IMG/VR virus record: IMGVR_UViG_3300020477_000020
Reading direction: 5' to 3' (one strand)
Source of the DNA: an uncultured virus (IMG/VR IMGVR_UViG_3300020477_000020)
Lineage: Duplodnaviria; Heunggongvirae; Uroviricota; Caudoviricetes
DNA length: 20,000 nucleotides
A program made the translations under genes and the position numbers. The notes beneath the pieces are model-generated. The model worked only from the letters and a program-made list of their open reading frames with translations, made no database searches and was not told the DNA's origin. Shown one piece after another: positions 14,785 to 20,000 of the stretch. How positions within the stretch are numbered: position 1 is the first letter of the stretch; every line of letters begins with the position of its first letter.

Positions 14785-17190
14785 ATGGCTATCAAAGACC
14801 AGAAACAACAAGTTCAAATTCTTCAATCCATCAATGCAACATTGATGGAACAAAAGAGGGATATTGCTGGTCTTCGAGTTGATTTACAGAAGCAAGCAAA
14901 AAGAGATCGGCAGACTTCTGCCGAAGAGGCAAAAGAACGTCTCAAGCAAAAGAAAATGGGTGCGGCCAGAGACATGCCGAAACCTATGCAAAACATTGCT
15001 GCTCAATCCAATAGAAAAAAAGCAGAAATGGGTGGCCTAGCCAAGATGCTTGGATTGGGCGCCCTTGGAGCTAGCATAGGACTAGCTTTCCAAGATGAAA
15101 TAATTGGTGGCTTTAAATCAGGAGTAAAGAGTCTAACTGACACTATGTTTGGTAAGGATTCTATAATTGGTGATGCTCTAAATGGTGTTGCTGGTTTACT
15201 TGATGAACTAAAGAATCCATTAGGTGCTCTAACTACTGGTTTTGCTGTTGGTTTGAATCGTTTAAGCAAATTCACCGACCGCATGTCGAAAGTTGATTTA
15301 GGAGATTCTCTTAAAAGAGCATTAGGTATTCAAACCAAAGGTCCAACTCCTACACCTTCTCCAACAACAACAACAACAAAAGCTACACCAGATAAACCTG
15401 AAAAAGTAGCACGAACTGCACAACAAACGCGGATTGAAAGTGACGATCGTGGTCGAAACCTATCGGAGAAGCAGAAAGCCGAACTTGGCAAAAAAGGGCT
15501 TGGGGTAAAGAAAGACGGCACGCTTGGAAAACTTGACCCGGATACTGGTAAGTTCATGGCAAAGGGCGGCGGTGTTAGTGCCGCCGATGCCAAAAAAGCA
15601 TTAGATGATGTAGGGGCTAAAGGACCTTCAGCCAAAGCAGTTAAAATGGCTGATGAAGTTGAGGCACCAAGAGCAAGAGCATCACAAGCTAAGGTTGTTG
15701 GACCAGGAACAGCACCAGCTGCAACATCTCAAGCCGAAGTTGATAAAAGAATGGCTGCTAAGCCAGGAGCCGCGCCAGCAGCACCAGCACCTGATGCCGA
15801 TGCTGCTAAAGGAGCAGGTGCGGCACCAAAAGCAGAAGCAATTAAACCAGCTGGGCCAGCAACTACCAGAACTAAAACGGGCTCTTTTATGAAGTTTGCT
15901 AAGAGGGTTGGTGGTGTGTTAAAAGGTATCTATGATACTATAGTAGGAGCAGCAGCCAGGTTCGGCAAGATGACTGGAATGAAGTGGTTAGCAAAAGGAA
16001 TTGCTAGAGCGCTAGGACCAATATCAGCGCTGATTACATTGTTTATGCTTGGCAAGAACGAGTTAGACCCTTCCATCAGTGATGAGAAAAGGATGGAGAA
16101 TAGATTTGTTATGTTGGGTGAAGCCGCTGGTGGTGTCTTGGGTGCTGTAGTTGGTGCATTGGTGCTAACAGTCATACCCTTTGTGGGTACATTAGTAGGC
16201 GGTGTATTAGGTGGTATTATAGGTGCATTTGTTGGAGGTAACCTTGGATTATTCATATACAGATGTTGTAAGGATGGTGTCAAACCAACTATTTTGGCTG
16301 TCTTTAAAAGCGGCAAAGAAATAGCAGCAAAGGCTTGGGAGTATTTGAAGAAGAAAGGATTTAAGGGCGTTGTAAAAGATGCTGGTGAGTTGCTGGGTAA
16401 AGGATTTGAGTCAGCAGCAGGGTTAGTTAAAGATATCGGAGAAGGCATTGCTGATATGGCTAGCAGTGGCTATGATGCAGCCAAAGAAACTGCTGGTGAG
16501 GTTGCCGGAGTTATCAAAGGCGCTGCCGGTGCAGTAGCTGATAAAGCATCCGAATTGGGAGGAAAAGCGCTTGGAGCTGTCGGCGGTGCAGCTAGCGCTG
16601 TTGGAAGTAAAGTTTCTGGTGCCGTTTCTAGTGTCATGGGTGCTATAGGATTTGGATCTGATAAACCTGAAAAACCAATGTCACCAGAAGAAAAGATGGC
16701 AAAACTTGATCAAGAAATTGCAGATACGGAAGAAGACCTAGAAGGTTCGTATTGGATTGGATCTCGGGAAGATGACGAGAAAAAACTAGCGGCACTCAAG
16801 AAACAAAAACAAGCACTAATGTCTGGTGGCGCTATGGTTAACGGAGTAATGGTGCCTGGGGGGTCAGCCGTTCGACAAGGCACGGATGAGGAACTGGCTG
16901 AGTTTGGAGTTGGGCCCTTGGCCGCTAACGGAGATACCAAAATCTCAGGGGCTGCTGCTATTGGTGCTCAGGCTATTGATGGTGAAGCAGGTGGAGGAGA
17001 TTCTGCAGCTGCAATACAAGAGATGGTTAAACAAAACGGTCAAATAGCCCAAGCTGTTATTTCTGCCATGGCTAAGGTTGATGCTAAAGCTAGCAGCGGT
17101 GGTGGAGGGGGCACCACAATTATTCCTTCAGGTAGTCCTCCAAGTGGAGGAATAGGAAGGAAGACTGTTATAGGGGCAACGCCCTTCTAA
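14785..17190 (+). CDS. Tape-measure-like protein (gp29 position)
   Basis: 801 aa, Ala/Gly/Lys-rich and helical, with a glycine-zipper TM region (GGVLGAVVGALVLTVIPFVGTLVGGVLGGIIGAFVGG) and roughly 11-residue AG repeats. Lies downstream of gp26/gp51. Confidence 0.75.
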   Translation: MAIKDQKQQVQILQSINATLMEQKRDIAGLRVDLQKQAKRDRQTSAEEAKERLKQKKMGAARDMPKPMQNIAAQSNRKKAEMGGLAKMLGLGALGASIGLAFQDEIIGGFKSGVKSLTDTMFGKDSIIGDALNGVAGLLDELKNPLGALTTGFAVGLNRLSKFTDRMSKVDLGDSLKRALGIQTKGPTPTPSPTTTTTKATPDKPEKVARTAQQTRIESDDRGRNLSEKQKAELGKKGLGVKKDGTLGKLDPDTGKFMAKGGGVSAADAKKALDDVGAKGPSAKAVKMADEVEAPRARASQAKVVGPGTAPAATSQAEVDKRMAAKPGAAPAAPAPDADAAKGAGAAPKAEAIKPAGPATTRTKTGSFMKFAKRVGGVLKGIYDTIVGAAARFGKMTGMKWLAKGIARALGPISALITLFMLGKNELDPSISDEKRMENRFVMLGEAAGGVLGAVVGALVLTVIPFVGTLVGGVLGGIIGAFVGGNLGLFIYRCCKDGVKPTILAVFKSGKEIAAKAWEYLKKKGFKGVVKDAGELLGKGFESAAGLVKDIGEGIADMASSGYDAAKETAGEVAGVIKGAAGAVADKASELGGKALGAVGGAASAVGSKVSGAVSSVMGAIGFGSDKPEKPMSPEEKMAKLDQEIADTEEDLEGSYWIGSREDDEKKLAALKKQKQALMSGGAMVNGVMVPGGSAVRQGTDEELAEFGVGPLAANGDTKISGAAAIGAQAIDGEAGGGDSAAAIQEMVKQNGQIAQAVISAMAKVDAKASSGGGGGTTIIPSGSPPSGGIGRKTVIGATPF

Positions 17191-17202
17191 AACAGCCTTC
17201 CT
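17154..17202. terminator. Imperfect hairpin at the convergent tape-measure/gp32 junction, possibly a bidirectional terminator
   Basis: Nested pairs AGGAAGG/CCTTCCT, CTGTT/AACAG and GGGC-AAC-GCCC. The U tracts are weak. Confidence 0.45.
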
Positions 17203-17208
17203 TTAGTC

Positions 17209-18117
17209 TTATTCGTCGTCAGCTAACTTCTTAAAGAAAGACAAGCTGTCATCATCATCAGAATCATCCCAAGGAGGAGTTGACTCTTCAGCTTTAGGAG
17301 CTGGAGCAGCCTTTGCTTCTACTACCGGAGCACTGACAACTTCATCAGCAGTCATAGTATTGGCAGTAGGTCCACCATCAAGTGCTAGCACTCGATACAG
17401 CTTAGCTTTCAGCTCATCATAGCTCTTGAAGTTCTTAGGATCAAGAAACTCCTGTAAAGGCTTCTCTTGCTTCCATACATCTTCAAGTTCCTGATCATCA
17501 TCCAGCAAAGAGGCTGGACTATCAAACTCAGACTTATCATAATTACGATAGCCCTCTACCTTACGAATCTTTAGACGGAAGTTAGCTCCATCCCAAAGAT
17601 CAAAAGGATTGACTGGTGTCTCATCATCAAACTCGGGCTGTTGAGCTTCAACAATCTTATCAAAGATCCTTTTGCCATACTTGTACAAGAACACCTTACC
17701 TTCGTTATCAGGATTAGCAGGATCCTTTACAACGTAGATGTTGGAGATGTAACCAAGACGGCGCTTAGACTTCGAACGAACGAAGGTCTTATCAGCCTCA
17801 GTACCAGAGTTCCAGAGCATAGAGTTATACTCCGAAACAGGACATTTGTCACCAAGGGTTGTCAAAGATTTCTCAATAAACCAACCACCAGGACCTTGGA
17901 ATCCATGATCCCAGATACGGACGAAAGGCTCTTCCTCACCCTGAGGTGCAGGAAGGAAACGAATGATAGCCATTCCGTTACCAGCCTTATCGACTTCTGG
18001 CTTCCAGAACCCATCATCATCTCGTTGAGTATTTCCTTGGAGTTTAGAGATAGAAGCTGTTAGCTTCTCTACGTCAGATTGACGATTTTTCTTCATTGCG
18101 GCAAAACTTGTAGCCAT
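17209..18117 (-). CDS. gp32: Single-stranded DNA-binding protein gp32
   Basis: FWKPEVDKAGNGMAIIRFLPAP..HGFQGPGGWFIE..NIYVVKDPANPDNEGKVFLYKYGKRIFDKI..GANFRLKIRKVEGYRNYDKSEF, with an acidic tail. SD AAGGAG. Confidence 0.98.
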   Translation of the reverse strand: MATSFAAMKKNRQSDVEKLTASISKLQGNTQRDDDGFWKPEVDKAGNGMAIIRFLPAPQGEEEPFVRIWDHGFQGPGGWFIEKSLTTLGDKCPVSEYNSMLWNSGTEADKTFVRSKSKRRLGYISNIYVVKDPANPDNEGKVFLYKYGKRIFDKIVEAQQPEFDDETPVNPFDLWDGANFRLKIRKVEGYRNYDKSEFDSPASLLDDDQELEDVWKQEKPLQEFLDPKNFKSYDELKAKLYRVLALDGGPTANTMTADEVVSAPVVEAKAAPAPKAEESTPPWDDSDDDDSLSFFKKLADDE

Positions 18118-18167
18118 GCGTTTTCTCCTTCTATATGCGGTATATGCGTTATATAATCGTGTACGGT
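18118..18167 (-). promoter_or_regulatory. gp32 leader with short tandem repeats, candidate autogenous translational operator
   Basis: mRNA sense: AACCGTACACGATTATATAA CGCATATA C CGCATATA GAAGGAG AAAA CGC ATG. This is the longest intergenic gap in the window. Confidence 0.5.
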
Positions 18168-18737
18168 TTATTCAAAGTGTTCCATAGTATACTGCTTATA
18201 TTTATATAAGTCAACATCTAAGAACGGCTCATACTTAACTGCCTTCAAACGTAAATCATTCCAGATCATGTCACCTTCCAGTTTCTTGTTCCAATATTGA
18301 AAGAATGGTGTGAGTTTGTTCAGAATAATAAATGTCTCCAGACAGACATCACCCCTTAACACTAATCTCATAAGATAAGGGTGTGATTCTTTGACGAGGA
18401 GATTGTCATCATACTTCTCGTGCATTTTGGCAATCTCACTACGAAATGTGTATCCCATGCTTTGACGTCTTTTCTGCCAATTAGTATATACTGCATGACA
18501 GGTCATATTCTTAACGTCACCAGGGAAGAAGTTTGGATCATTAACAATGTTAGCTAACATGAATGATCGAGGATCTTTTAGCTTAGACAGCTTGTAGAAA
18601 AAGTACTTGTCTTTACGAACATCAAATCTTGACTTTTCAGTATTGTTGACCTTACCACGATACTTAAATATATCATAGTCAGAGGTGAAGTGCCTCTTCA
18701 AAGCCATATATGTCGTATAGCATTCGTACTCATTCAT
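18168..18737 (-). CDS. gp59: Helicase loader gp59
   Basis: YECYTTYMALKRHFTSDYDIFKYRGKV..RKDKYFFYKLSK..HPYLMRL..CLETFIIL..KYEPFL. Immediately upstream of gp32. Confidence 0.92.
   Translation of the reverse strand: MNEYECYTTYMALKRHFTSDYDIFKYRGKVNNTEKSRFDVRKDKYFFYKLSKLKDPRSFMLANIVNDPNFFPGDVKNMTCHAVYTNWQKRRQSMGYTFRSEIAKMHEKYDDNLLVKESHPYLMRLVLRGDVCLETFIILNKLTPFFQYWNKKLEGDMIWNDLRLKAVKYEPFLDVDLYKYKQYTMEHFE
18199..18206 (-). promoter_or_regulatory. Candidate late promoter TATAAATA for gp32, inside the 3' end of gp59
   Basis: Perfect consensus about 82 nt upstream of the gp32 ATG, on the correct strand. Confidence 0.55.
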
Positions 18738-18931
18738 GTTGATCGAGATCCTTTTGGCTTACAAATGTATTCCACACGATCCCATTTACTATTTCTATCT
18801 TTAGGAAACTGCTCATAGAATTCAAGCCCTTTGATGCATTCCTTTTCACTACTATATTCCTCTACTGGTTGATCTATGCAGTTTACATTCATGCACACAA
18901 TCAACATAATTTGCCAAACTACCTCCATCAT
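18734..18931 (-). CDS. Small 4-Cys protein with a hydrophobic N-terminus (DUF1482-like pattern)
   Basis: 65 aa: WQIMLIVC....C......YSSEKEC...YICKP. ATGA overlaps with both neighbours. Confidence 0.6.
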   Translation of the reverse strand: MMEVVWQIMLIVCMNVNCIDQPVEEYSSEKECIKGLEFYEQFPKDRNSKWDRVEYICKPKGSRST

Positions 18932-19161
18932 ATTGGCAATCTTGCTGACTTTTTGATCATATTTAGATCCTGTGCGTTTAACATAACCTTCGACTTCAAT
19001 ACTTGACTACCTTTGACCCATGAAGCCACAGTCTCAATTTCAATTTCATTACGATCACAATAATGCACGATAGCATCGAAGTGAGATATAGACAGGTCCT
19101 TAACCATCTGTTCAATCTCTTCTGCAAATGCTGATGGCGTCTTTATATTAAGATCAATCAT
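18928..19161 (-). CDS. gp33: Late transcription coactivator gp33
   Basis: TPSAFAEEIEQMV..SHFDAIVHYCDRNEIEIETVA..LKSKV..AQDLNMIKKSARLPI. Start moved from the track's 19215 to the ATG at 19161, which overlaps the upstream TGA (ATGA). Confidence 0.9.
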   Translation of the reverse strand: MIDLNIKTPSAFAEEIEQMVKDLSISHFDAIVHYCDRNEIEIETVASWVKGSQVLKSKVMLNAQDLNMIKKSARLPI

Positions 19162-19667
19162 TTGTAGAATATGTGATCCTCTATGGTTACTAATTTTCTT
19201 AGATTCTTGGCCCACGAAGGACTGACATATGTAGCATGATAATGCGTTGCACCTTCTACCACCGACACATTACCGGTAATCATTAGATATGCAGCTGACA
19301 AAGACTGTTCCCACGTATCGGATTCTAATGGCACATCTGCCTTACCATCACACCAATATGTGAATTGACATCTCCAACGAACAGGATAGTATGTTCCATC
19401 CCTTTTCCAACTCTCTCTAACAGGACCTTGATGAACAACATCACAAATATTATTTGGATATGTGATATGTTCTACTCTGTTAAGAATCACTTCAGCAACT
19501 GCCATCTTACCAACAAACGGTTGGTTGCCCGCCTCAAAGTAAATGGCCTCAGACAAGCAATACAGATCATCATTAATTTCTTGTGAACCACGGGCTTGAC
19601 CAACGACCAAGCCCATTATCAAACCGATCGTACCACCGACCAGCACTACTCTCTTCCATGTTTTCAT
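19158..19667 (-). CDS. Cell wall hydrolase, SleB/Hydrolase_2 family, with an N-terminal signal or TM segment
   Basis: CLSEAIYFEAGNQ..GKMAVAEVILNRV..YPNNICDVVHQ..CQFTYWCDGK..GATHYHATYVSPSWA..IEDHIFY. Confidence 0.92.
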   Translation of the reverse strand: MKTWKRVVLVGGTIGLIMGLVVGQARGSQEINDDLYCLSEAIYFEAGNQPFVGKMAVAEVILNRVEHITYPNNICDVVHQGPVRESWKRDGTYYPVRWRCQFTYWCDGKADVPLESDTWEQSLSAAYLMITGNVSVVEGATHYHATYVSPSWAKNLRKLVTIEDHIFYK

Positions 19668-19670
19668 GTC

Positions 19671-19994
19671 TTATATTACCCGCTGCCAGGGGAAGCAGAT
19701 AATCCTCTTTTTAAACTTTCTCTCTCTATCTTCGTTCCTTACGGTGACAAAGTCAACAGTTCTTTTTAAATAGCCGGCTCGTTCTGTTGATTGATTAATA
19801 TACGACCCCGCCCTATTTGGATCCTGCACGTGCACGTGTGGGAAATCCTCATAACTCTCTCCATATGATGGATGAAACAGTACATGATCATATTTATCTT
19901 TGTCAACAGCAAGGAAAAACTCACCATCACCATGTCGAAGACCTGTGAACTCAATATCGTATCCTCCTGTCGACCAAAAGCACGGCTTGCTCAT
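19671..19994 (-). CDS. Hypothetical protein; may extend beyond the window
   Basis: 107-aa ORF ending 3 nt before the hydrolase start. The frame is still open at the window edge, although a TAATG overlap is also possible. Confidence 0.55.
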   Translation of the reverse strand: MSKPCFWSTGGYDIEFTGLRHGDGEFFLAVDKDKYDHVLFHPSYGESYEDFPHVHVQDPNRAGSYINQSTERAGYLKRTVDFVTVRNEDRERKFKKRIICFPWQRVI

Positions 19995-20000
19995 TAGGAA

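Noticed and set aside
15362..15378. CAA trinucleotide microsatellite
   Set aside because: It encodes an in-frame Thr run in a low-complexity linker and cannot shift the frame.
15003..18063. Opposite-strand ORFs over the tape-measure gene and gp32
   Set aside because: Antisense shadows caused by Ala/Gly-rich biased codon usage.
19162..19215. Longer gp33 N-terminus given in the ORF track
   Set aside because: It overlaps the conserved hydrolase C-terminus. The ATGA-coupled start at 19161 gives a typical gp33.
1..20000. tRNAs, CRISPR arrays, introns, inteins, reverse-transcriptase/DGR repeats
   Set aside because: Coding density is near complete (largest gap 50 nt), core genes have the expected continuity, and no spaced repeats or such motifs were seen by eye.

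Overview
This window is a gene-dense, AT-rich segment of a T4-like (Tevenvirinae/Kyanoviridae-style, probably aquatic and uncultured) contractile-tailed phage genome. A minus-strand baseplate operon (gp48, gp53, gp27-like hub, lysozyme-less gp5 spike, PAAR, a 505-aa low-complexity orphan, gp25, an inserted 2OG-Fe(II) oxygenase-like gene, gp6, gp7 running off the left edge) diverges from a plus-strand operon (gp4, gp2, gp54/tube-like, gp26, gp51, an EF-hand membrane protein, tape-measure-like gp29). A minus-strand replication/late-transcription block (hypothetical, SleB-type hydrolase, gp33, small Cys protein, gp59, gp32) converges on it. The strongest hidden signal is at the gp26/gp51 junction. 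The gp51 reading frame has no usable start and is joined to gp26 by a canonical -1 slippery heptamer (T TTT TTC) with an SD-like GGAGG 10 nt upstream. This suggests a lambda G/GT- or P2 E/E'-type programmed frameshift producing tail-assembly chaperones ahead of the tape-measure gene. Other candidates are face-to-face late promoters with a probably leaderless gp4 mRNA, and a putative oxygenase translationally coupled inside the baseplate operon near a Pro-rich orphan. All family calls come from motif recognition and synteny, not database searches.
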